Shown here: one piece after another, positions 1-12,900 of the stretch | Layout: each line of letters opens with the position of its first letter | Numbering within the stretch: position 1 is the first letter of the stretch | NCBI RefSeq assembly: GCF_030144855.1 | Contig: NC_082731.1 | Span: 11,346,001-11,410,000 of the forward strand | Direction of reading: 5' to 3' | DNA: 64,000 bases | DNA from: Hypanus sabinus | Taxonomy: Eukaryota | Notes under the pieces: generated by a model | What the model was told of the DNA's origin: nothing | Seen by the model: only the letters and a program-made list of their open reading frames with translations | Database searches by the model: none | Made by a program: the position numbers and the translations under genes

Positions 1-242
1 GCCGCGCATCACCCTTAAGCTCACCGGACCCATTCCAGAACATTTACCACATCACTCGTCCTATCCTGGAAACCCAGTCAGTTTTAAAATTCTCGTCTCT
101 CTTCTCAAATTTCTTTCCGATCTTACCCTTCCTATCTCTGTAAACTCTGACTCTGTCAATCTCCAAACCACGTTCCCAAACCCAATAATCTCCCAGTGAT
201 CATCCCCATACTTCGTCACGTTAGAATTATCTTTCTGAACAC

Positions 243-2385
243 AGAACATAGAATAGTACAGCACATTACAGGCCCTTCGACCCACAATGTTGTGCCGTCT
301 GTCAAACCCAGCCTCCCGTATAACACCCTACCTTAAATTCCTCCATATACTTGTCTAGTAGTCTCTTAAACTTCACTAGTGTATCTGCCTCCGTCACTGA
401 CTCAGGCAGTGCATTCCACGCACCAACCACTCTCTGAGTGAAAAACCTTCCTCTAATGTCCCTCTTGAACGTCCCTCCCCTTACCTTAAAGCCATGTCCT
501 CTTGTACTGAACAGTGGTGCCCTGGGGCACAGGCGCTGGCTCTCCACTCTGCCTGTTCCTCTTAATATCTTGTACACCTCTATCATGTCTCGTCTCATCC
601 TCCTTCTTTCCAAAGAGTAAAGCCCTAGCTCCCTTAATCTCTGATCATAATCTATTCTCTCTAAACCAGGCAGCATCCTGGTAAATCTCCTCTGTACTCT
701 TTCCAATGCTTCCACATCCTTCCTATACTGAGGCGACCAGAACTGGACACAGTACTCCAAATGTGGTCTGACTAGTGTTTTATAGAGCTACATCATTACA
801 TCGCGTCTCTTAAACTCTATCCCTCGTCTTATGAAAGCTAACGCTCCATAGTATCTCGTAACTACCCTATCTACCTATGAGGCAACTTTCAGGGATCTGT
901 GGACATGTACCCCAAGATCCCTCTTCTCCTCCACACTACCAAATATCCTGCCATTTACTTTGTACTCTGCCTTGGAGTTTGTCCTTCCAAAGTGTACCAC
1001 CTCACACTTCTCCGGGTTGAACTCCATCTGCCACTTCTCAGCCCACTTCTGCATCCTATCAATGTCTCTCTGCAATCTTCGACAATCCTCTACACTATCT
1101 ACAACACCACCAAACTTTGTGTCGTCTGCAAACTTGCCAACCCACCCTTCTACCCCTACATCCAGGTCGTTAATAAAAATCACAAAAAGTAGAGGTCCCA
1201 GAACAGATCCTTGTGGGATACCACTGGTCACAACCCTCCAATCTGAATGTACTCCCTCGACCACGACCCTCTGCCTTCTGCAGGCAAGCCAATTCTGAAT
1301 CCACCTGGCCAATCTTCCCTGGATCCCATGCCTTCTGACTTTCTGAATAAGCCTACCGTGTGGAATCTTGTCAAATGCCTTACAAAAATCCATGTAGATC
1401 ACATCCACTGCAGTACCCTCATCTATTTGCCTGGTCACCTCCTCAAAGAACTCTATCAGGCTTGTTAGGCACGATCTGCCCTTCACAAAGCCATGCTGAC
1501 TGATCAGACCATGATTCTCTAAATGCCCAGTGTTCTTATCTCTAAGAATCTTTTCCAACAGCTTTCCCACCACAGACGTAAGGCTCACTGGTCTATAATT
1601 ACCCGGACTATCCTTACTACCTTTTTTGAACAAGAGGACAACATTTGCCTCGCTCCAATCCTCCAGTACCATTACCATGGACAATGAGGACACAAAGATC
1701 CTAGCCAGAGGTTCAGCAATTCTTACCTTGCCTCGTCGAGCAGCCTGGGGAATATTCCGTCAGGCCCTGGGACTTATCCTTCCTAATGTATTTTAACAAC
1801 TCCAACACCCCTCTCCCTTGATATCAACCTGCTCCAACCTTTCAACATCAACCTCACTCACATTGTACTCACCGTCATCAAGTTCCCTCTCAGTGGTGAA
1901 TATCGAAGAGAAGTATTCATTGAGGACTTCGCTCACTTCCACAGCCTCCAGGCACATCTTCCCTCTTTTATGTCTAATCAGTCCTACCTGCACTCCTGTC
2001 ATCCTTTTGTCCTTCACATAATTGAAGACTGCCTTGGGGTTTTCCTTTACCCTACTCGCCAAGGCCTTCTCATGCTCCCTTATTGTTCTTCTCAGCCCCT
2101 TCTTAATCTATTTTCTTACTACCCTATATTCCTCAATAGACCCATCTTATCCTTGCTTCCTAAACCTTACGTCTGCTGCCTTCTTCCACCTGACTAGATT
2201 TTCCACTTCACTTGTCACCCATGCTTCCTTCACCCTACCATTCTTTATCTTCCTCACCGGGACAAATATATACCTAACATCCTTCAAGAGATCCTTAAAC
2301 ATCGACCACATGTCCACAGTACAATTACCTGCAAAAAATTCATGCCAATTCACACACGCAAGTTCTTTTAAATGTCGAGACACTC
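243..2385 (-). mobile_element. CR1-clade LINE, 5'-truncated and degraded ORF2 (RT) with 3' end
   Basis: ORF fragments 302-760, 875-1693, 1793-2062 and 2147-2383 carry CR1 RT motifs ([67 protein letters not shown]). CR1-type 3' tail near 243-300. Confidence 0.93.
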
Positions 2386-2629
2386 GAATTCCTTCACAGA
2401 ACGTTAAGGTTTCTTAACATGGCCGCTATCTGTTAAAAAAAACTACCCATTGCTCTAGTTTATGTAAATATCTCCTGATGAGTTTCAGTATAAATTGATT
2501 CCGATTCTGAGTAGCACACTGAACGTAGAACATGGACACATCTTGTGCAGCCCTTGGCCCAAATGTTGTGCCGATCTATATAAATCTTCTGCACGATCAA
2601 GTCCATAACCCTTCATTTACTTACGTGGA

Positions 2630-3300
2630 CAGTAGATTCCGCTTATTTTGGACATTTCGGGACGAGTACAGTTTGGTCCAATTGAGTGGACATTAAAACA
2701 TATAAGAAAAGATAAACTACGGCTTAAATGAGTAACATATTATTTAAATGGAAAACATAACAAATTAGAGCATTATTAATACTACAACAGTACTATAAAA
2801 TTTTATTTCCTAATGGATATAATCGTAGGAGTTCATCAAAGTGTATGCTGCCCTGTACACTTGAGTTACTGTGAACATACTACCGCAGGCACCTCGACGA
2901 TAGCATGCTCAAAGCATTCAAGATCATTGTCGAAATCTTCAAATTCGTCGTATTTTCGATTTGTTGAATTAGTCAAATCGTTTCATTTTCACTCCCAGCC
3001 CTCTCCATGGCTGAATTTTTGAAACCGCAGTGAGCAAAGCATTTGCGAATTGTTTTCCTGCTTATTTCTGACCAGCTAACAGTGACAAAAAGCACTAAAA
3101 GGACAGAAACAGTGAGGAATCTTGTCAAATACATTTCTAAAATCCATATACAACACATGCACTTTTCTACCTTCATCATTTTGTCATAACCTTCAAACAT
3201 GCTCGTGAGGCGCGATATCCCCCACAGAAATCCATCAAAGTTTCGTGACAAAAATTCCACCGCATCTTGTTCTGACCGAAAGTATGAACCATTGCACGGA
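2630..3300 (-). mobile_element. pogo/Tigger-like DNA transposon remnant
   Basis: ORF 2973-3260 contains WSEISRKTIRKCFAHCGF, resembling the pogo/Tigger C-terminal W..V...TI..CF...GF motif. A CAGT-starting TIR-like end lies at ~2630. Confidence 0.6.
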
Positions 3301-3475
3301 CTTTTTAAACTTCACTTCATTCGCTCATGTTATGTTTTTGTGGCAGAAATTATTTTAACCCTGACTTTCATACAGCAGTATTTGATAATAGATTCAATGA
3401 GAAAGCCATCATTTTGATTAATGTCTTCAAATATAAAATAGTATATTACGAAGCGCATCGCAACAGCAGTTTATA

Positions 3476-4590
3476 TCTATATGCTACTAAAATTATCTTG
3501 CTCTGTTTGTTTGTGAGCTCCAATAAGCCCAAACGGTGCATTACTGCGGCACTTTTTTGACTAAGTCGACTTAACTTACAGATGCATGCAAAGTCCAGGG
3601 TTACATATTCGTATAAAATTGTTCACTCGTCAACCCGAGCAGATTCCAGCTTTACTGGAATCCGGGACGCGACACCGCGACGCATGCGCACGGCCAACCT
3701 TAGCCGTGTTCACTGCCAACTTCACGATGCTCACAGCAGCGACACAGACCGCAGCAAAAGGGCAGGGCAATCACATCCATTTAGGAGAGCGCCAACCACA
3801 CCATCAAGTAAAATCAGGCGTAGGTGTTGCTGCTTCGTATCTTCTATCATGCATGAGGGTAAAAAATATGGACAGCCTAATTATGCCGCGTGGAAAGAGA
3901 AGGGAGACATTATGGTCAAGAGATGACGCCAAACGTCGTCGGGAAGCGCAAGGAGAGGGAGAGAACAAGACTCAAGCCAGGGCCGCATGACTCCAGGATC
4001 AAAAAGCCAGGACAAAAAAGATGAGAGAAGAAGAGACAGAGGAGGAGAGGTATGCACGTCTGCAAAATGACAACAATAGGCACAGAAGGAGGAGAGAGCA
4101 AGAATCGGTCAGGCCGGGCCGCACGAATCCAGGATCAGAGAGAAAGAACAAATGGTAGAAGAGATGAAGAGACGAAGGATGAAAGGGCTGCGCGTCTCCA
4201 GAATGACAAAAATAGGCAGAGAAGGAGGAGAAAAGAAGAGACAGAGGAGAAATTAAAACGTTAGAGTATTCTTGAAGTGTGGCAGATCAACCAGAAATGT
4301 TGTCAAGTGTCCTTCGTTAAACGAGGAGGAGCTGTATTTGTCTTGCTACGCGTCTTTTTTTCTTTAATAAATTGAGTTTTTCTTCTTTAATTTCCAAAGG
4401 ACATCACATCAGACTGCACTGCCTTCTCTCAAAGGGTGCCCCTACGTTATTTCCATTAATCAGTTCCGAAGTGCCGCTCGTTCACTTTAATTTAAGTATG
4501 GTTAAAATTTATTTAGTTGTTCTGATACATTTAAAACATTTGTTTGGAAAACTACTGATTACATTTCATCGACAACGATATGCAAACATC
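3476..4590 (+). mobile_element. Helitron-like remnant with STPR-type repeats
   Basis: Starts at an A|TC 5' end (atctatatgctactaaaa...). 3880-4260 encodes broken charged repeats such as EETKDERAARLQNDKNRQRRRR, typical of Helitron Rep/Hel N-termini. No helicase domain seen. Confidence 0.55.
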
Positions 4591-4599
4591 TTGATTTAA

Positions 4600-4697
4600 A
4601 TCTCTCCTGATGAAGGGTTTCGGCCCGAAACGTCGTCGGTACCTTCTGCCATAGATGCTGTCTGGCCTGCTGAGTTCTGCCAACATATTGTGTTTTG
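4600..4697 (+). mobile_element. Penelope-type terminal-repeat fragment
   Basis: gaagggtttcggcccgaaacgtcg...gatgctgtctggcctgctgagttctgcc; resembles the end of the Penelope copy at ~57 kb and the copies at 5.9, 40.8, 52.0 and 54.3 kb. Confidence 0.55.
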
Positions 4698-4714
4698 ATT
4701 TAAATTATTAACGT

Positions 4715-5450
4715 AGAATTATTTCCTTTACTCATCATGCGGATTTAATTAGCATTGTGGTTCGGTTTTATCAGTAGTCAGTGTAGCATTGAAATAGATA
4801 CAGTATTTTTGAAATAAGTATTCGTAGGCATAGGTATTTTAGACCGGAATTTTCAGTGGTTAAAAAAGCGGTCAATTGGCATTTTACAGAAATCTGTTGT
4901 TTGGCATTCTGACAATAATATGTCACAAATAAGAAACAAATAGTATCAGTCAAAACTGCGATAAGCATATAATTTTTTGATGAGATCATTTATTTTCCTC
5001 GTGATTTTATGGTCTCGATGACTGAACGTAACTTTTGCCTTGACGGCCAGTAATATCAGATTTTGGATTCCTGTGAGGATGAAAGATTGTGATCCTGACT
5101 CCCGTTGCTTTGGCGAGAGTATGTGTTCTCTATCGAGTGCTCTGATTGCTACATATCAAGGGCCCGCGCAGTGTCTCCTCTCACGGATAGTTAATTGATG
5201 AATCTCAAGGCAGTCTTATTTCCGTTAGAAATGCGGAAAATTTCAAAAACAAATTGGACTACCAGTGTAAATGAAGAACCGAGTAATGCATACATTTACA
5301 GCTACACTGTTCTTCCAATGTGAGCAGTCAGGTGCCGACCGAGCTGTGGTAATGCAGTTTTCTGCCCTCAGTGAATGCCACAATTCTGGCCACTCAGTGA
5401 TTGCTGACTGCGATGGAAAATCAACAGGGCAGCTTTTGTTTATGGCTGAG
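4715..5450. repeat. Diverged paralogous block A (matches ~53408-54090)
   Basis: Shared colinear anchors with the 53.4-54.1 kb block: tttaattagcatt, cagtggttaaaaa, caaatagtatcagt, aagcatataa, atctcaaggc, ttagaaatg, cttccaatgtgagcag, ttttctgccc, gtgaatgccacaa. Confidence 0.85.
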
Positions 5451-5849
5451 AACATGGTAGGATTCTTTCTATTGCTATTCTCTCTGATAGTGTAATTATA
5501 TGCTTACCAATACACGCATTACTGATCTTGGCAGGTGCGTACCTCGGCCGTAACATTTGCATGGAAATTCAGTGATCTCAGACTTCCCTCATGTAATATC
5601 TAGAATCAGAAAAGATTTTGCGCGTTTTCCATCAAAAGTTCACGCTCTACAAAAGCACGCGTACATCTCTTGCATTTATTCTAATGGTTTGTAGAATACA
5701 ATCTGTATTGTATTTACATTAATATTCAAAGTTTTCTGCAATGAGCAACTTCTTCACAATCCTGTGAAGTATTTAGTACTCCTGTAGGAAAAAGTAAAGC
5801 TGGTTCTACTTTGGAGCACAGCATGTTCATTTGGTTGCAACGCACACAA

Positions 5850-6165
5850 AATGCTGGCAGAACTCAGTAGGCCTTGCAACATCGATGGAAAGGAGTGAAC
5901 AGTCGATATTTCGGGCTGAGACCATTTATTAGCACTGGAAAGGAAGGGGAGAAGTTAGAATAAGAGGCTGAGAGGAGGGAAAGAAGAACTACAAAATGGC
6001 TGGTGAAAGGAGACACCGGGAGGGGTAAGGATGCGAGTAAATAACTGGGAAGTTGATTGGTGAAAGAGATAAAGGGCTGAAGAAGGGGGAATCTGATAGG
6101 AGAGGGCAGAATGCCTTAGAAGAATGGGACGGTGGTTGGAACACTAGAAGGAACTAATTGGCAGG
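5850..6165 (-). mobile_element. Penelope-like 3' fragment
   Basis: cacacaaaatgctggcagaactcag...cgggctgagacc followed by a purine-rich tract; the reverse complement resembles the 3' end of the 55.9-57.0 kb Penelope. Confidence 0.6.
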
Positions 6166-6806
6166 TAAGTGTTCATTTATTTGTTACATTTGAGGTCTTG
6201 AATACAAGTTATGTGATTGGGCACAATCCCATGCATGAGAATAAGAAAAGCTTTGGAAATTATTCGGAACTGCGGCACACAGCGTGGCAAAGTATCAATA
6301 AGCATAAACAGACGTAGTAATCAGTACATTCCTTTGTAGAATTCCAGAATGAGAGCATCACTTAAATGGAACAAGGCAATTACTTTCAAAATCCAATAGA
6401 TCTCCTTTACGTTTTGTTATTCGTTCAATATCAGTATAATATTTGCACGTGACACACTCCAACCTGATGTTTCTTTTATAAAGGAAAGTAACTGATTAAA
6501 CTGCTGGACACAGAGAACTATAGTTTACTTAATCCATAGCCTTTTCTCAGTGCAGAGCCGTGAGTATAAACTTTATTTTGAAATGCATGCAACGGAGAAG
6601 TTACGAAGAGTCAATTCGAAACAACTCCTAAGTTTTCTTTGCCAGTGAATATGGATAGTAAGGGAGGGCGCGGCTCATAAGGTCAAACTAAACTGATAGT
6701 TTTGTTCAAGCACGAAATTGGAATACCAGATTGCAAGGTGCATTTAACTCTTTCACATTTGTGGTAGATTCCAATCTTTCACTGCTGGACAATTATTTCA
6801 CCCCAG

Positions 6807-6812
6807 TTTATT
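6807..6812 (-). terminator. Candidate poly(A) signal for the membrane-form transcript
   Basis: AATAAA on the minus strand ~345 nt downstream of the TM2 stop; a second one lies at 6572-6577. Confidence 0.4.
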
Positions 6813-7155
6813 TTACATCATTCACGGGAATAAACATTGTATTTCATTGTTTTGCAACTGTTTTGTGAAATTCCAGCCAAAACCAGTCATTGACATAGCA
6901 GAAATCAGAGTGAAACTGATAGGATAAACAGAAACAAAATTATAAATTCACACACACAGTACTAAGGGTATTATAAATGCAGCAGTCTGATGTTGTCATA
7001 TACCAAGAGATTCTGCAGATACTGGAAATGGAGCAGCATAACTATCACATTACAGGCCGAGACCTTCATCAGGACCATCACCATTCGTCGGATGCCATCA
7101 TTTGGCTTCGGGTCCATTAAAACAAACGCTGCAGCTGCGTCTGTTTCAACATTCT

Positions 7156-7164
7156 CTACTTCAC
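7156..7164 (-). CDS. IgNAR: IgNAR transmembrane exon TM2 (Val-Lys-stop)
   Basis: Minus strand ...cctgttttatcttttcag|GTG AAG TAG: polypyrimidine tract, AG acceptor and the canonical VK* end of Ig membrane forms. Phase 0 matches the TM1 donor. Confidence 0.88.
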   Translation of the reverse strand: MK

Positions 7165-9939
7165 CTGAAAAGATAAAACAGGAAGAGAGAATCCAGTGAG
7201 CAGCTGAGAGAGGCAAACAGTCAAACCGACTGAATGTATCAAAAGAGTTCAGTAACAAAATAAAATGCTTTAATATATTCCTTGTAAATTTTTAGATTTG
7301 TTATCAGGCATTTTTTACAGGAAAAACATTGGTCGATGGGCTCGTTGGGTCTTTACGTTTCCAATCAGCATCAGATCCGTCATATGTCAGATCTGAAGGA
7401 GCTGGTGCATTTTGCTGTTCGCTACTTCATCTGACACCTGGTGCCGCATTGTGTAATGTCTGTGACTGGGCATATTTTCTTCAAACCGTCTCAATGAACT
7501 AATACTCTAAAATACACTGTACACAACTTTACATATTATTTTCATGAAGAGGAACCACCATCTGCGTTAAACACAAAGAATGAATTCTTCTTTGGTATGT
7601 TCTGAACTGTTGTGTGGTCGGACGTAAAAGGAGGAATATTGCCAAACAAGGCTGCAAGTAATCAAGATGTGTTATGGAGCACTCGGCATCATTGCACAAT
7701 AAATAGATGTCGAAACGTATAACGTGCGTCCGGAGGTACTCTTTGAATAATGACCGCATTTCTGGTCTGCATTAGGAAGGGCAACTTTTTTGTTTGCGCT
7801 GAAAATACGTTAAAGTTTTAGTAGTTTCTTCATTGGAATGAATACCTTGCCTCACGAGGAAAAATTGAATGGATTGCAATTACACATATGGAGTTTGGAA
7901 TCATGTACGCTGATATTTTGAAGCAAGTAAAATCGTATTGTGCATGATAAAGATGAAGATTGTGAAAATTTCCACGCATGAGTGACCTACAACAGAGCGA
8001 AACACACACAAAATGAAGTATATTGATACTAGGGATACTGTTACTATCCGATTGCAACATATGAAAAACTTCTACAATATCCACAAAGCCACCAATCCGC
8101 TTCATCCGCAAGCTGACTAAAATGCCCTTCCACTTTTTCATTTGTAAAAACTCCAAAGAGCAGGGATACCATAACATTTCCCCGCGGAATATCACTACTC
8201 ACGTAACTCTAGTCGGAATGCGCTCCATTTACTGCCACAGTTCTGTTTCTGTGGCCAAGCCAGTTCCAACTTATATAGCAACTGTCTCAGGATCGCCTCA
8301 ATCCTGACAGTCTTATTGAGCCTACTACGGGCAACCTTGACAAGTGCCTTACGAAAACGCATATTCATCGCATCTGCTGCTCGATCTTTAATGCTTATTT
8401 TTTCACGTCCTCTAAACAGTTAATCACTCTCGCGAGGCACTGCCTGAGCCACACAAAGGCATTTCGCTACAAGCCCGTAAAAGCTGTCTATACCAACCCT
8501 CTCTAATCGTTTGCCCACCACCGATATAAGACTCTATACTTTTAATTCACAGAGTAATGAATTCTACAAATTTGCATGACTAGATTTATCTGTGTACAGA
8601 GTATTAGTAGTTGGTTGGTATTATTTAACCAGCTATCCTCTTTCTCAACTTATTTCGCTTTGAGTAAAGAACATACTCAGACCAACATGCCGTGATTGTC
8701 ACCTTGCTAAACATTTTATACCTCATACATTATTTTCCCCTTAATTATACCCGTTAGTTGTCCGATTCCAGTAGGTGTAGCTCTTTTATCCCCACATATC
8801 ACCACCCATCCTTGTTCTCCACATTTATCCTCGCCTCCCCGCTTGGATTCAGCTGGCCGATTGTTGGCTTTATCTTTGTCTGATCCCACCTATCACATTT
8901 CAACAAATTCCCTTTTCACACTTACCTGCTTCTGCCCGTGTCTATCACCTTGGCTAGGTATGATTTTCACCTGCAGCCTTTTGGGTCAACTTTCTGCTCT
9001 CCACTTTATAGAGACTACATTCTTTCTTCACTTTAGTTGTGATACACCGGGTCAACTTCCGAAAATTTCCTCTTACAATCTTGCATGACCCGGCGAATGC
9101 CTCCAATAGTATGTCTCTCTGACCGATTGCTAGCTTCTGCAGTTTTTCTGACCCATTTCTATGTCTGTGTGCCTCTATTTACGTTCTAATTCTCGAAGAG
9201 TTCTCATTAATTCTTAGATCAGACAACCTTGTTTATAACTTATCACCTGGTTCGTCCCGTTTTTATCCTGTCACTGTCAGAAACATTGTACTTTACAAGT
9301 TTCTTTGTCTTATCGCAAGTTCTGAAGAAAGGGTTTCAACCTCAATTGTTAACTGTATTTTGCTTCCCACAGATACATCTTCAACTACTGACTATTTCCA
9401 GTGATTCTCTCATAATGCTCCGCACTTTTGAAGGTTAAGAAAACGTAACTTATTTCCTCTAGATGAAACTGCTGCAATAAAGTGGGAATGACCTAAAACA
9501 ATATTCCTTGGCCTCTGGCACTGAGATTCACATAGAATATTTTCGCCAAGGAAGCTATTACTGCTGTGGGTGAATATTTCAAAAGTGAATATGTCGTGTA
9601 AGCTTTATAGGTAGCATGCTCATCCTAATCAAGAATTACAATATGATGTGCAAAAACAACTCGAGAAAGCAATCGCATGTCCTCTGTTTCTATGCAACAA
9701 ATTCACATGTATTTTTACCATCACTGTGTTCTTTGTTTGTTAAAGCTCTGTATATGAACAGACATCTATGGAAATTTCATTATAAAATTGACTAACACGT
9801 TTTATTCATTGGCCAGTTGTCAATCTTACAAACGTCTCCTGTGTTGATTAGCAAAACTCATTGATATTTGCTAAAAACTAATTCAGTAGTCCCACTAGTC
9901 AACTTTCTAATTACATTTACTCTTCCTGAAATTGGACGC

Positions 9940-12900
9940 TCTGATAACCTGCTGGAAAATGACTGTTTTCCCATCAGAGAGAACAGAGCACCCCTGCGGC
10001 CATTCCCATTAACAATGTATACCGTACTGGATACTGTTGATGGGGATGACCTACCAGGAATGAGTTGCAGTGGTCCTGCCTCTGGCACAGAGGTTGAACC
10101 CTCAACTAGAAAGGGGAGGAGGGAAGAGAAGAGAGCGATAGTTTTAGGGGATTCTATAGTTAGGGGGGCAGATAGGAGATTTTGTGGGGCAGATCGGGAG
10201 TCTCGGATGGTATGTTGCCTCTCTGGTGCCAGGGTCAGGGACATCTCAGATCGGGTGCAGGCTATGAACCCAGATGTAGTGGTCCATGTAGGGACCAACG
10301 ATGTAGGTAAGGTGAGTGAGGGGGTCCTGCTTAGAGAGTTCAGGGAGTTAGGAGTGAAGCTGAAAGGCAGGACCTCCAGGGTGACAATCTCGGGATTGCT
10401 ACCTGTGCCACATGCGAGTGAGGCGAAGAATAGAATGATTATGCACATTAATACGAGGCTGAGAGCATGGTGCAGGAAGGAAGGGTTCAGGTTTTTGGAT
10501 AATTGGTCTTTGTTCCAGGGACATTGGGATCTGTTTCAAAGGGACGGTCTACATCTGAACCGGAGGGGTACTAGCATTATTGCAGGAGTGTTTGCCAGTG
10601 CTGCTCGGGGGGGGGGGGTTAAACTAGATGTGCAGGGGGCAGGGATCCAGATCCAGAGGGTTGGTCAGAAGGAGCATGGGGTTAAATGTGTAGAAGGTTT
10701 GGGTAATCTTGAGAACGTCATCAAAATTCAGGGTGCAATTAGCCCGATGGAAGTTCAAGGTGCTGGGTTAGGTACAGTAGACAGTCTTTTAAGCAAAGAG
10801 ATGAGGAATGGGCTAAGAATTCTATACTTGAATGCACGTAGTGTCAGAAATAAGGCAGATGAGCTTGAAGCTCAGATGAAAATGGGGAACTACGATATTG
10901 TTGGGATAACGGAGACATGGCTGCAAGGGGATCAGGCCTGGGAATTGAGTGTACCAGGGTATACGTGCTATCGTAGAGACAGAAATATGGGAAGGGGGGG
11001 TAGGGTGGCCCTGTTGGTAAGGAATGAGATTCAGTCCTTAGCAAGAGGTGACTTGGGAACAGGGGAAGTAGAGTCTGTGTGAATTGAGCTGAGGAACAGC
11101 AAGGGTAAAAAAGACCCTAATGGGTGTTGTGTACAGGCCCCCAAACAGTAGCGTGGATATTGGGTACAAGTTGATTAGGGAGTTAATATTGGTATGTGCT
11201 AAAGGTAATGTAGTCGTTATGGGAGATTTCAACATGCAGGTGAACTGGGAGAATCAGGTAGGTGCTGGACCCCAGGATAGGGAGTTTGTGGAGTGTCTAA
11301 GGGATGTATTTTTGGAACAGCTTGTGCTTGAGCCAACCAGGAACGAGGCTATTTTGGACTTGGTAATGTGTAATGAACAGGAATTGATAAGTGATCTTGA
11401 AGTAAAGGAGCCATTAGGAAGTAGTGATCATAACATGATAAGTTTTTATCTACAATTTGAGAGGGATAGGGGCAGATCAGAGGTGTCAGTGTTGCAATTA
11501 AATAAAGGAGACTACGGAGCCATGAGGGAAGAGCTGGCCAAAGTTAAATGGGCGGATGCCCTGGCAGGAAAGACAGTGGATCAGCAGTGGCAGATATTCT
11601 TGGGCATAATACAAAAGATGCAAAAGCAGTTCATTCCAATGAGAAGGAAGGATTCAAAGAGGGGGAAGGGGCCACAGTGGTTGACAAAGGAAGTCAGAGA
11701 TTGTATAGCATTAAAGAAAAAGAAGTATGACAGGGCTAAGATGAGTGGGAATACAGATGATTGGGAAAGTTTTAAGGAGCAGCAGATCTTAACTAAAAAA
11801 GCAATACGGAGAGAAAAAATCAGGTATGAGCTCAGTCTAGCCAGGAATATAAAAGGGGATAGCAAAAGCTTTTTTAGCTATGTGAAGAGAAAGAAGACAG
11901 TTAAGAACAATGTTGGCCCCTTGAAGAATGAATTGGGAGAAATTGTTATGGGAAACAGGGAAATGTTAACAGAATTTAATGCGTACTTTAGATCTGTCTT
12001 CACCAGGGAGGACACAAGCAATCTCCCAGATGTATGGATGGGCCAGGGTCATAAGATATCAGAGGAATTGAGACAGATTGACATTAGGAAAGAAACTGTG
12101 ATGAGTAGACTGGTAGGACTGAAGGCTAATAAATCCCCGGGTCCAGATGGTCTGCATCCGAGGGTTCTAAAAGAGGTGGCTCAGGAAATTGCGGATGCAT
12201 TGGTAATCATTTTCCAATGTTCCTTAGATTCAGGATCAGTTCCTGAAGGTTGGAGAGTGGCTAATGTTATTCCACTTTTCAAGAAGGGAGGGAAGGAGAA
12301 AACGGAGAACTATCGCCCTGTTAGCCTAACGTCAGTCATGGGGAAGATGCTTGAGTCCATTATTAAGGACGAAATAGTGGCACATCGAGATGGCAGAAAT
12401 AGGATTAGGCCGAGCTAGCATGGATTTACCAAGGGCAAATCATGCTTGACTAATCTGTTGGAGTTTTTTGAGGGTGTAACAAGGATGTTAGACGAGGGTA
12501 AGCCAGTGGATGTTGTATGCCTAGATTTTCAGAAGGCATTCGATAAGGTGCCACATAGGAGATTGGTGAGTAAAATCAGAGCTCATGGCATTGGGGGCAG
12601 GGTTTCAACATGGATAGAAAACTGGTTGGCAGATAGAAAGCAAAGGGTAGCAGTGAATGGGTGTTTCTCGGACTGGCTGGAGGTGACTAGTGGGGTACCA
12701 CAGGGCTCTGTATTGGGACCACAGCTCTTTACGATTTATGTCAACGATTTAGATGAGGGCATTGAAAACTATATCAGCAAGTTTGCTGACGATACTAAAC
12801 TGGGTGGCAGTGTGACTTGCGAGAGGACGTTAGGAGAATACAAGGAGACTTGGATAGGCTGGATGAGTGGGCAGATACTTGGCAGATGTCATTCAATGTG

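Noticed and set aside
4771-4989. ORF with YYCQ as an Ig-domain exon
   Set aside because: No other Ig-fold residues or splice context; differences from its paralog at 53479-53667 are mostly non-synonymous.
8570-8577. Isolated octamers (8570; also 52987)
   Set aside because: A few exact octamers are expected by chance in 64 kb of AT-rich DNA, and these have no supporting context.
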